Origin: Candidatus Dadabacteria bacterium
GTDB lineage: Bacteria; Desulfobacterota_D; UBA1144; Nemesobacterales; CSP1-2
NCBI GenBank assembly: GCA_963805855.1
Contig: CAWDVW010000007.1
Span: 352,001-416,000, forward strand
Length of the DNA: 64,000 bases
Direction of reading: 5' to 3'
In this document: positions 18,963-28,812 of the stretch, one piece after another
Layout: each line of letters begins with the position of its first letter
How positions within the stretch are numbered: position 1 is the stretch's first letter
The notes under the pieces: model-generated
The model's input: the letters and a program-made list of their open reading frames with translations, nothing else
Told to the model about the DNA's origin: nothing
Databases searched by the model: none
Translations under genes and position numbers: made by a program

Positions 18963-21900
18963 TCAATCTTCGATTTTTGATAGGCCCCTTCCCCTCCAGA
19001 TTTCATAAATTGCAGGGATTATGATGAGTGTGAGAATCGTTGATGTTACGAGGCCACCCACCATAGGTGCTGCAATACGTTTCATTACGTCGGCGCCTGC
19101 CCCGTGACTCCACATAAGTGGAAGAAGCCCCATTATCATTGCCATAACGGTCATCATTTTCGGTCTAACCCTTTGTACCGCTCCGTCGTGTATGGCCTTT
19201 GCCAGGCTCTTTGAATCTTTTTGCCCTTCTTTAATCATCTTCTCATAAAACTCATCGAGGTAGATGATCATTACCACCCCTGTTTGAGCGGCAAGCCCAG
19301 CAAGAGCGATAATCCGACCCATGCCGCGACACTCATATTATATCCCAGAATATACAGGAGCCATATACCGCCGACAAGGCGAAAGGAACAGAAAGAATTA
19401 CATAAGTTTCCGTGATTGAATTAAAATTCAAGAATAAAAGGAGAAAGATTATTAGAAGAGTAAGAGGTACTACTAATTTCAGTCTCTCTTTTACCCTGTG
19501 CAGATATTGATACTGTCCGGCCACTCCATGTGATATCCCGGCGGTAGCTTTACATTTTCTCAACAACTTTTTTCGCTTTTTTTACATAACCCAATATTCC
19601 TTCCCCTCATGTCAACATAAACATAGCCAACCTTTTGCCTCCTCCTTTTTTATCTCCGGATGGGCCCGATTGAAATACGAATATCGGCCAACTGGTCTAT
19701 TGGAATCTGCGCGCCAGAGGGTGTGGAACAAAACTCTTTCAAGCTCCTTATGTCCATTCGTAGTTCCCTTGATATCTAACATTTACAGGATATCTCTCCG
19801 GACCTTCGATAGTCCTTGTAATATTATTACCCCCAATTGCTGTTTCTATAACATCTTCTACATTCTCAACATTCAGTCCATAGCTGCTGCTTGATCGCGT
19901 TTGATACTCAAAGTCCAAGAAGTATCCACCCGTTATCCTTTCTGCAAACACACTCCTCGTTCCCGGGAATCCCTGAAGCGCACCTTCTATTGTATTTCCT
20001 ATTTCCTCGATTTTTAAGCTAGGCCCAAAAACCTTTATCCCGATAGGTTCTAAAGCCCGTTGTTAGCATCTCAACGTTTGCTTTTATGGGCATCCAGAAT
20101 ATGTTCGCCATTCCGGGAAATTTTACATTCTGATTCATTTCAGATACCAGCATGTCCCATGTCATTCCTTTTCGCCACTCGCTCCTTTGGCTTGAGGGTA
20201 ACCACAGTTTCAACCATGCTGAGAGGGGCCGGATCAGTAGCCGTCTCCGCGCGACCAATTTTTCCGAAACACCCGCTCAACCTCGGGAACTCCATTAGCA
20301 TTTTATCCTGGGTATGGAGAATTTTCGCGGCTTCGGTTATAGAGATTCCCGGCACTGCGGTACGGCATGTAGAGTATCGTCCCTTCGTTCAATGCGGAGG
20401 CATGAATTCGGAGCCGAGCTGGAGAAAGGGAAAAATGGTTAAGATCAGAATTACAGCTGATGCTAATAAAACTGTTTTTTTGAAACGGAGAACTAACGTT
20501 ACCACAGGATCATAGAGCTTTATAAGTAATCGGCTTATCGGGTTTTCTCTTCCGGCCTGATTTTTCCCTTTATCAGAAGGACGATTAAAGCGGGGTGATC
20601 GTTATTGCTAGAAGAGGGCAAAGAACATGGAAAATGTTTTTGTGAAGGCGAGGGGTTTAAATAGCCTTCCCTCCTGGGATTCCAATGTAAATACAGGTAA
20701 GAAAGAAACCGTTATGATAAAAAGTGAAAAGAAAATCGGTCTTCCCACCTCTTTCATCCCATCGAGAATAACATCGAGTCTTCGTCCTTTTCCCCTCTGT
20801 CTGCCATTTCTCGAGCTTCTTGTGCACATTCTCCACAAGCACTATTGAGGCATCGACCATAGCCCCTATAGCAATCGCTATTCCACCGAGAGACATAATA
20901 TTAGAGGTTAGCTTCATGTAGTACATGGGTATAAAGGCCATTAAAACGGCGAGCGGGATCGTCAGGATAGGAATTATCGAGCTCCTGAAAGTGAAAAAGA
21001 AAAATCACAATGACGATACTTACTATAATACTCTCCTCAATGAGTTTTCCCTTCAGCGTCTCGATAGCGCGGCGATGAGGTCAGAGCGATCGTAAGTGGT
21101 TACTACTTTACACCCTTCGGGCAGAGACGGCTTTATATCTTCGATTTTTTCTTTACCTTTCGATAACATTGAGAGCATTCTCGCCGTAGCGCATAATGAC
21201 GATTCCTCCTACCGTTTCTCCTTTTCCGTCTAGCTCGGCTAGCCCCTTCTCATATCGGATCCGAGCTGCACGTTTGCGATATCCCGTATATAGACAGGAG
21301 TACCATTACCATTTGTGCCCACAAGGACCTTCTCGATGTCTTCAACCGATTTTATGTATCCCCTTCCCCTTACGAAGAATTCTGTAGTGGCGAACTCGAC
21401 AACCCTTCCTCCCACGTCGTTATTGCCCTTCCTAATTGCTTTTATAACCTGATTTATCGGTATACCATATGCGAAGAGTTTATTCGGATCAATTTCTATC
21501 TGATATTGCTTTACAAAGCCTCCCACACTTGCAACCTCAGCAACCCCGGGTACAGCTTCAAGCCAATACCGAAGATACCAATCTTGGAATGAACGCAGTT
21601 CGGCTAGATCGTTTTTTCCGCTTTCATCTACAAGGGCGTATTCAAAGACCCATCCAACCCCTGTTGCGTCCGGTCCTAATGTGGGGGTGACCCCTTCGGG
21701 AAACTTTCCTGTAACTTCGTTCAGATATTCAAGTACACGGCTCCTTGCCCAATATATATCCGTCCCATCCTCGAATATTATATATATAAAGGACAGTCCA
21801 AACATCGACTGTCCGCTAACAAACTTGACTTTGGGGGCGGCAATCATAGTGGTGACAATTGGGTATGTAATCTGGTCTTCAACGAGGTCTGGACTACGAC

Positions 21901-22063
21901 CTTCCCATTCGGTAAATACTATAACTTGGGCGTCAGAGAGGTCTGGAATTGCATCCAGTGGTGTATTTTTCATCGCCCAGAATCCCCAGCTGGCAACGAA
22001 TAATACGAAGACTACAGTTAAGAATTTGTTCCTCGCAGTAAACTCAATAATTTTCTCTATCAT
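18963..22063 (-). pseudogene. cusA: CusA/CzcA heavy-metal RND efflux permease, multiply frameshifted
   Basis: Fragments in several frames: [71 protein letters not shown]. Confidence 0.85.
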
Positions 22064-22104
22064 TTCTCTTCCCCTTAGTATGTTTTCCGTTGAGTTTTAG
22101 TTTC

Positions 22105-23611
22105 TTAATTCCATTCACATTCATAAATCAATGGATATGTCTCTGGCCTCGACTCTTGGGTCTTTCCCGGCTCCTTTTCGAATTCCATCTCATATGTAGG
22201 TTCACTTTTTTCTGGTGGATTCTCACCCCAAGTTGCCACCGCGGCCTGGATCTGGCTCTCCGCATCAATCAGGAAATTTGCGCGGGACACAACGGCGTCT
22301 CCTTTATTTAAGCCTCTCAGTACCTCATAATAATCATCGACTTTTTGACCTAGTTCGACCCTTCTTATCTGCATTTTCCCTTCCCCCATGTCCACAAAAA
22401 CGAGGTCTTGTTTTCCCGTTCGTAAAACCGCGCTGGCGGGGATGGTCAATTTTTCGCCCAGCGGAATCTCGATCTCGACATTGGCGTACATTTCAGGGAG
22501 GAGTTTTAAATCAGGATTTGGAAACTCTATTCGGACTTTTGTTGTCCTGGTCTCAGGCTGAAGGTGCGGCCATATGAACGTGACCTTTCCAGTGAAGACT
22601 TGGCCTGGAAGAGAAGCAACAGTCATCGAAACTTCTTGACCCAGCTTAACGAGCGAAATTTCATTCTCGTATATGTCCGCGTTAACCCAAACGTTGCTAT
22701 GATCTGCAATCTTATAGATTATTGTGTTTGGTTCTACAAACATGTTTTCAAAGGCGTTCTTGTACATGACATGACCCGAGATGGGAGAATAAATCACAAG
22801 GCTCTTCTTTACCTTTCCGGTTTGCTCTAGATCCCTGATTTGCTGTTCTGAAATGTCCCAGAGCTCTAGTCTCCTCTTCGAAGCTTCTAACAGGGAGTTA
22901 GCGCTATCTGAGATCTCGACGAATTTGCTGTCTCCTAGAATCCTTTTAGATTTTAGGGCAAGAAGATATTCCTCCTGGGTCGAAACAAGTTCGGGGCTAT
23001 AGATTGAAAATAGGGAGTCTCCTTTTTTTACGTGCTGCCATGTGTAATCAACAAACACCTTTTCAATCCATCCGCTTATCTTTGTGTGTATCTGCTCGAT
23101 CTTGGTTTCATCGAGCACTACCATTCCCACGGTACGGATGACCTTTGTCATATCTCGGGTGGTGACGGGCTCTCGTCTTAACACCGATGATTTGCTGCCG
23201 TTCCGGGGATACGATAAATTTGGACGGTGAATCCATACCTTGCTTGTCCGAAGAAGATTTTTCCATGCTCATTCCAGGCATATGATGCATTCCCTGCATG
23301 TCGTTCAATTTCTCACGCGGTTTTTCTTCATTCGAAGTTTGTTTTTTCATCACCGGTACTAAATCCATCTTGCAAATTGGGCAGGTTCCGGGATCTTTAA
23401 GCCTCACGGATGGATGCATTGTGCAGGTCCAGTATTCGATGTCTCCTTCTTCAGTAAGTACGGGCCTATACTGATGTTCATGGCCTTTAGAAAAGAGGGG
23501 AATCTCTTTCAAAACGGGGATCTTGTAGCCGAATTTGTAGAGAACTATGGCAACAAAAATTATGACGATGAAAACGGAAGCAATCTTTAGCATTTTTTTT
23601 CTATTAATCAT
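22105..23611 (-). pseudogene. cusB: CusB-type RND adaptor with N-terminal heavy-metal-binding domain, frameshift near 23180
   Basis: YWTCTMHP...PGTCPICKMDL; IYSPELVSTQEEYL; LLPEMYA; NFLIDAES; GGAGGA RBS before ATG 23611. Confidence 0.85.
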
Positions 23612-23633
23612 TTCAGTGTCCTCCCAATTAATT

Positions 23634-23716
23634 TCCTCCCCCACGAGTGGGGGAGGATTAAGGTGGGGGTTTACCTGCACCCCCATCCTCACCTTCCCCC
23701 TCAAGGGGGAAGGGAA
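23634..23716. repeat. REP-like double hairpin (CCTCCCC..GGGGAGG family)
   Basis: TCCTCCCCCAC-GA-GTGGGGGAGGA and CCTTCCCCCT-CA-AGGGGGAAGG in inverted arrangement. Confidence 0.75.
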
Positions 23717-24979
23717 GAGCCGTTTGATTGCGTCAAGTCCACGCCCGTAATTTCCTCCAGTCTCGCAATTGCCTTGTGATACTGTGCTAGCTGTCTGTAG
23801 TATTCAATTTCGAAGTTGAAAAGGGTCGTAAGGTTATTCAGGAGCGTGAGAAAATCTATGTCCCCGACCTGATAGCCAGATATCGCCGAATTAAGGGATA
23901 GATTTGATTGAGGTATGATGCCATCCCTGTACAGGTCGATAAGATTCTCTGACGTTTTGGCGGAGAGGTAATTATCATTTATCATGAACAAGACGTCTTG
24001 CTTTTCACTAGAGTATTCTGCCCTTGCTGCACTCAATTCTAGAGCTGCTTCCTGAACACCAAACCTCTGTTTACGCCAAAAATAGAGGGGCACTCTTAAA
24101 CCCACGTCTACTTCCCGATACCCTGGATTCCGCCACCCATCATGCCCATAATTCCCGGTGAAACACCTATGGAGAAGTCGGGATAGTATTGTTTCTTGGC
24201 CAGGTTTAGCGCTTCCGTTTCACTCTCCACAATCTTTTCTCTCATTTTCAGGATAGGAGAGTTATCTTCAATCAGTTTATAAAGATCCTTTGCCGTTAAG
24301 TTTAGGGCTGGTTTCTCTAAATCTTCCGGGGCCCCTAACGTATCCACAGGGGGCCGATTGAGAATACTGTTTATCTTTGATTCAATAACCCCTTTTTGCT
24401 GTCGGAGAATCTCAAGCTGTTCGATAAATTTAGAGACCTCTACCTGCGCCCTTATGACATCCTGCTGAATCCCAAGTCCCACCTCGTACTTCGCCTCAGA
24501 AATCTTAAGAAATTTCTCTGATAGCTCCTTATTCTTTTGCGTGATTTCGATTGACTTAACAATCAGGTACCAGTCATAATACGCCTGCTTAAGATCCGCT
24601 GTTACCTTCCTTAAAACCGCTTCGTAAGATTGCTCTTGTGCTTCAGCCTTTTGTTTGGCGACCTTTTCTTTGAGGGAAAGCTTTCCGGGAAATGGTAGTT
24701 CTTGAGTAAATGGAAACCGTAACATACTATTGCCGAATTCATTGAGGGTTATACGGTCAAATTCCACGTTTTGCCACCTGACTCCAATAGTTGGGTCAGG
24801 CAACGAGCCTTCCTGCGAAGGCCGCTTGGTAGACGCTTCCCACCGAGCCCTCGCAGCTTTTATGTCGGGGTTGTTTGAAGGGCCTCTTCTACAAGTGATT
24901 CTAGCCTTACAGGTTGATTTGCGTGAGAATTGGCTCCTAAAAAAACCGTAACAATTATCATTCCTAAGAAAATTTTCAT
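23701..24979 (-). pseudogene. TolC/CusC-family outer membrane factor, frameshifted
   Basis: LPDP..G, QELPFPGKL.L, KYEVG.G.QQDV..AQ, YQVG.IDFLTLL; frame breaks near 24106 and 24880-24950. Confidence 0.8.
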
Positions 24980-25262
24980 CTTAACCTCCCTAGTCAAAAA
25001 CTCTCGACCTTAAACAATTAATCAAATATACGCCAAACAAAGCATGCTTATCAACGTCGATATGATATTTTATTATTAAGCATAATCTCTTACCCCTAAT
25101 TTTTTAAGGTTTCACAAAGAATCCTTTCCATACTATTTTTCAAATCTGAATTACAAATCTGTTATTTTGGAGCGCCTCTGTAGGGGTTTCTTATTGCGGA
25201 AGAAATGCAGTGCCACGCATTTGCCGCAACTCTCCTGTACAGAGGAAGTGTAGAGGTCAGAA

Positions 25263-25658
25263 TTAAAGTAAAAGGGAAGAGTTTGAAACGTATAAATCTG
25301 GTGGGTCGTGCTCTCTTACACTGATACTCAAGCTTGACTTACGACATTTATTTATTTCAGGGCTCGTATTGTTTACGAATGAAACATCTAATCTTAGATC
25401 TTTGAACGCTAGATGGTCATTCTGCGGAGCATTAGGAAGTGATTCAAAACAGCACCTAAAAGCCCCGTGATTCATAACATGTTCGTTTAAATAATAATCA
25501 GAAGCATCGCTCTTGTGTTGATTTTGAGCATGAACTTCCGTCTTCATGGAATGGCAATTCGAGTTACTTGAGGGAACTGAAGCATAGACCGATGTTGAAC
25601 CGAAGCCCGAGTAGCATGCAAGTAAAGTCAGAACCAAAACCAGGTTTAGATTCTTCAT
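25263..25658 (-). CDS. Small Cys/His protein with C-terminal xxPP motif (DUF2946-like), typically upstream of metal transport operons
   Basis: Signal-like N-term, NCHSM, RCC, EHDPP; position upstream of cusCBA. Confidence 0.55.
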   Translation of the reverse strand: MKNLNLVLVLTLLACYSGFGSTSVYASVPSSNSNCHSMKTEVHAQNQHKSDASDYYLNEHVMNHGAFRCCFESLPNAPQNDHLAFKDLRLDVSFVNNTSPEINKCRKSSLSISVREHDPPDLYVSNSSLLL

Positions 25659-25667
25659 CTGTATCAA

Positions 25668-25696
25668 AATATATTATTGAAAATTGCGATTGTCAA
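25668..25696 (-). promoter_or_regulatory. sigma70 promoter
   Basis: TTGACA-17 nt-TATATT, 9 nt upstream of ATG 25658. Confidence 0.55.
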
Positions 25697-25758
25697 GGTC
25701 AATGAAACTTCCTGCGGCAAGCTGCAGGGTATCATAATAGAAACTGAATGTCTTAGAT

Positions 25759-25796
25759 CTCATTGCAAGAGACTCGAAAAGTCTCGAAGCAATCTC
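25759..25796. repeat. REP (GTCATTGCGAG..GAAGCAATC family)
   Basis: ctcattgcaagagactcgaaaagtctcgaagcaatctc; near-identical copy at 38333-38370. Confidence 0.75.
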
Positions 25797-25897
25797 CCTC
25801 GAAATTGGCAGAGCCCTTAGTTATGCATCACATTTTAGGTTTAATCTAGCAGATTGCTTCGCCAGTCTTTCGCTGCGCTCCGGCTTAGGCTCGCAAT

Positions 25898-26246
25898 TGT
25901 AAATGTTAGATATTTCGTGGACAAAATCCTAACAAGAATAAATTTCCTGGAAATTTGCTTATCCGTCATCCTCGAATGTTTTAATCGGGGATCCATTGTT
26001 TAATCTTTCATTTTCTTTGTCTTGATACAAAGAAACAAAAATCAAGGGCTTACAAAAAACGCTTGCGTATCGAGCGAATGCGAGATATCTATTGCTATAA
26101 TTAATTAGTTCTCTCAGTCACTTTGCTCCTTCGAGATGACAGTAATGATTGTCACTTTTCTTAACGCTTCCGGAATTGATTTTGGCAATTTTTTGAATGC
26201 CCGTTTAAGAACTAAGATACTGTCCTCGAATTACGTAACATCTACA
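25898..26246. mobile_element. 349-bp MITE with TGT..ACA inverted ends and 5-bp GCAAT target duplication
   Basis: IRL TGTAAATGTTAGATATTTCGTGGACA; IRR (revcomp) TGTAGATGTTACGTAATTCGAGGACA; GCAAT at 25893-25897 and 26247-26251. Confidence 0.8.
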
Positions 26247-26432
26247 GCAATGACAGGGAAGGGGGGACCCTGTAGCAAGCTACAGGAAATTCACTGGCTA
26301 AAGTTGGATATTACCGATGGGAGGAGGAGTAATTATCATCTGGAACTTTCGATGCCCCCATGTAAATGTCTTGAAACTCTCAAGCTATAAATAATTTCAT
26401 ATGATGTTAATATAAGCCTAGATGAAATAATC

Positions 26433-28610
26433 ATGAGCAAGTTGATAATAGCTTCAAACAGATTGCCCATAACGATTACTAAGAGAAAGGGGAAATTTAA
26501 GGTTCAATCAAGTACCGGCGGTCTGGTAACAGCATTAGGCGGATTAGAGGATTCTCAACGGCACGTATGGATAGGATGGCCGGGCATTTCTATGAGTCCT
26601 TCTAATCCCGAAGCAAACGATATAAAGGCCTTATTGGAACCCGAGGATTATCACCCGGTTTTTCTCTCCAGACACGACATTGATGATTATTATCACGGTT
26701 TTTGTAACGAAACGATTTGGCCTCTTTTTCACTACTTTGTCCAGTTTGCCGTGTATGATAAGGATTATTGGAAAGCCTATAAAAGGGTGAATGAGGCATT
26801 CTGTGATGAGATAATGGAGATAGCTGGGCCGGAGGACGTTATCTGGATACATGATTACCATCTTATGATTCTGCCTAAGCTCTTAAAGGAAAAGTTGCCA
26901 GGGGCAAAAATTGGATTCTTTTTGCATATACCGTTTCCGTCTTCCGAAATCTTCCGCTTGATTCCCTGGTGCAAGGATATCATAGAAGGCCTTCTCGGGG
27001 CTGACTTAATAGGGTTTCACACCTTTGATTACGTCAGGCATTTTCTAGAAAGCGTCCGACGTATATTGGGATACGAGCATGCGCTTGGTCAAATCACGGT
27101 GCATTCCCGTGCTGTAAAGGTTGATGCCTTTCCAATGGGGGTGGACTACGAAAAATTTTCAAGCGCCGTTCACAATCCGGATGTTCAAAAGAGAGTTAGA
27201 AGTCTGCGGCAGGAAATAGGCGAGGAGTTTAACATAATCCTATCGATTGATAGGCTTGATTATACGAAAGGAATTCCTCAAAGGCTGGAAGCATTCGATC
27301 TCTTTTTGAAACGAAACCCCGGCTACAAGGGCAAGGCGATATTAATATTGGTCGCAGTACCGTCCCGCACAGAGGTTAAGCGTTACAAAATATTAAAACA
27401 ACAGGTAGACAATCTCGTTGGAGATATAAATGGTCGACATGGCAAAATTGGCTGGATTCCTATTTGGTATTTGTATCGGTCATTCCGATTTAACGACCTC
27501 GCAGCCCTATACTCTATTTCCGATGTTATTTTTGTTACGCCCCTGAGGGATGGTATGAACTTAATTGCTAAGGAGTATGTTGCAACTAAAAATGATGGAA
27601 ATGGAGTACTCATACTGGGAGAAATGGCTGGAACGGCAAAGGAGTTAATCGAGGCCATTATCATAAATCCAAATGATGTAGAAGCAACAGCAGATTCTCT
27701 GAAAGTCGCATTAGAAATGCCTACTGACGAACGGGCTAGTCGAATGGAAACTATGAGACTCAGACTTAAGCGTTACGATGTCAGAAGGTGGGTAAGCGAT
27801 TTTATGGAAAAGCTCGATCATATCACGGATGTTCAGAAGCAGATGAAATCAAGAGTATTATCACCGGATTTTAGAAGGAAAATAACAGAAGGGTATTCAG
27901 AGGCTCAAAATCGCTTATTCTTGCTGGACTATGACGGCACATTGATGCCATTCAATGAAAACCCAGAAAGGGTAGAGCCAGACCATGATCTAGTTGAGAC
28001 ACTGACGTCTCTGGTTTCCAGGCAAAATAATCAATTGGTCGTTATTAGTGGTCGGGGCAGAAAAACCTTAGAGGGATGGGTTGATAAATTAACCGATGGC
28101 TTAGTCGCAGAACACGGGGTATGGATTAAGGACGAAGAGTGGAAAGCTATCGAAAACCTCTCGGATGAATGGAAGAAAGACATCAGGCCGATACTCGAAA
28201 CTTATGTCGATAGGACTCCGGGCTCATTTATTGAAGAGAAGGATTATTCTCTAGTCTGGCATTTTAGAAAAGTCGATCCGGCATTGGCCATGGTTAGGGT
28301 AGGGGAGTTAAAGGAAATTCTTTTACATATAACTGGAAGCTTTAATGTAGGGGTTCTCGAGGGTAACAAGGTGATTGAGATCAAGAATGCTGAGGTAAAT
28401 AAGGGTAGGGCGGCGCGGTATTGGCTTTCTAAGGCGAAATGGGATTTTATATTATCGATTGGCGATGATTCCACAGATGAAGATATCTTTGAGGCGCTCC
28501 CAGATTGGGCATATTCGATTAAAGTCGGCTTAGGCCCATCAAAGGCAAGATTTACTATCCCTTCCTTTATCGAAGTGAGAGAGCTACTAAAGGAATTGGC
28601 AGTCGTGTGA
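26433..28610 (+). CDS. otsAB: Bifunctional trehalose-6-phosphate synthase/phosphatase
   Basis: SNRLP, GGL, WIHDYHL, FFLHIPFP, DRLDYTKGI, DGMNL; HAD domain LDYDGTL, GDD.TDED. Confidence 0.95.
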   Translation: MSKLIIASNRLPITITKRKGKFKVQSSTGGLVTALGGLEDSQRHVWIGWPGISMSPSNPEANDIKALLEPEDYHPVFLSRHDIDDYYHGFCNETIWPLFHYFVQFAVYDKDYWKAYKRVNEAFCDEIMEIAGPEDVIWIHDYHLMILPKLLKEKLPGAKIGFFLHIPFPSSEIFRLIPWCKDIIEGLLGADLIGFHTFDYVRHFLESVRRILGYEHALGQITVHSRAVKVDAFPMGVDYEKFSSAVHNPDVQKRVRSLRQEIGEEFNIILSIDRLDYTKGIPQRLEAFDLFLKRNPGYKGKAILILVAVPSRTEVKRYKILKQQVDNLVGDINGRHGKIGWIPIWYLYRSFRFNDLAALYSISDVIFVTPLRDGMNLIAKEYVATKNDGNGVLILGEMAGTAKELIEAIIINPNDVEATADSLKVALEMPTDERASRMETMRLRLKRYDVRRWVSDFMEKLDHITDVQKQMKSRVLSPDFRRKITEGYSEAQNRLFLLDYDGTLMPFNENPERVEPDHDLVETLTSLVSRQNNQLVVISGRGRKTLEGWVDKLTDGLVAEHGVWIKDEEWKAIENLSDEWKKDIRPILETYVDRTPGSFIEEKDYSLVWHFRKVDPALAMVRVGELKEILLHITGSFNVGVLEGNKVIEIKNAEVNKGRAARYWLSKAKWDFILSIGDDSTDEDIFEALPDWAYSIKVGLGPSKARFTIPSFIEVRELLKELAVV

Positions 28611-28745
28611 TCCTCGGTGTTGTGAATAGCTGTTCGATTCTCTGTAATAAAAAAATGTGTCTTTTGTCTTATCTTCGGACATATTTGTTGTAAAAGTTAA
28701 GAGTTAATCATAAAATTGTGCATTGTTTAGGACGTTTACAAGCTA

Positions 28746-28774
28746 TTGACATAATAGTCCATATCCTCTAAAAT
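28746..28774 (+). promoter_or_regulatory. Near-consensus sigma70 promoter
   Basis: TTGACA-17 nt-TAAAAT; AGGAGG RBS at about 28800. Confidence 0.75.
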
Positions 28775-28812
28775 TGATGTTAATTTAAAAGACAAAACAA
28801 GGAGGGTATATA

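Larger units (their letters stand above)
25701..26302 (+). mobile_element. Non-autonomous IS200/IS605-like element bounded by subterminal hairpins, containing nested REPs and a MITE
   Basis: Left AATGAAACTTCCTGCGGCAAGCTGCAGGGTATC; right ACCCTGTAGCAAGCTACAGGAAATTCACTGGCTAAA; fused short version at 31375-31418. Confidence 0.6.

Noticed and set aside
26136-26390. 84-aa ORF near the nested elements as a possible transposase
   Set aside because: Crosses MITE and hairpin boundaries and has no HUH or DDE motifs
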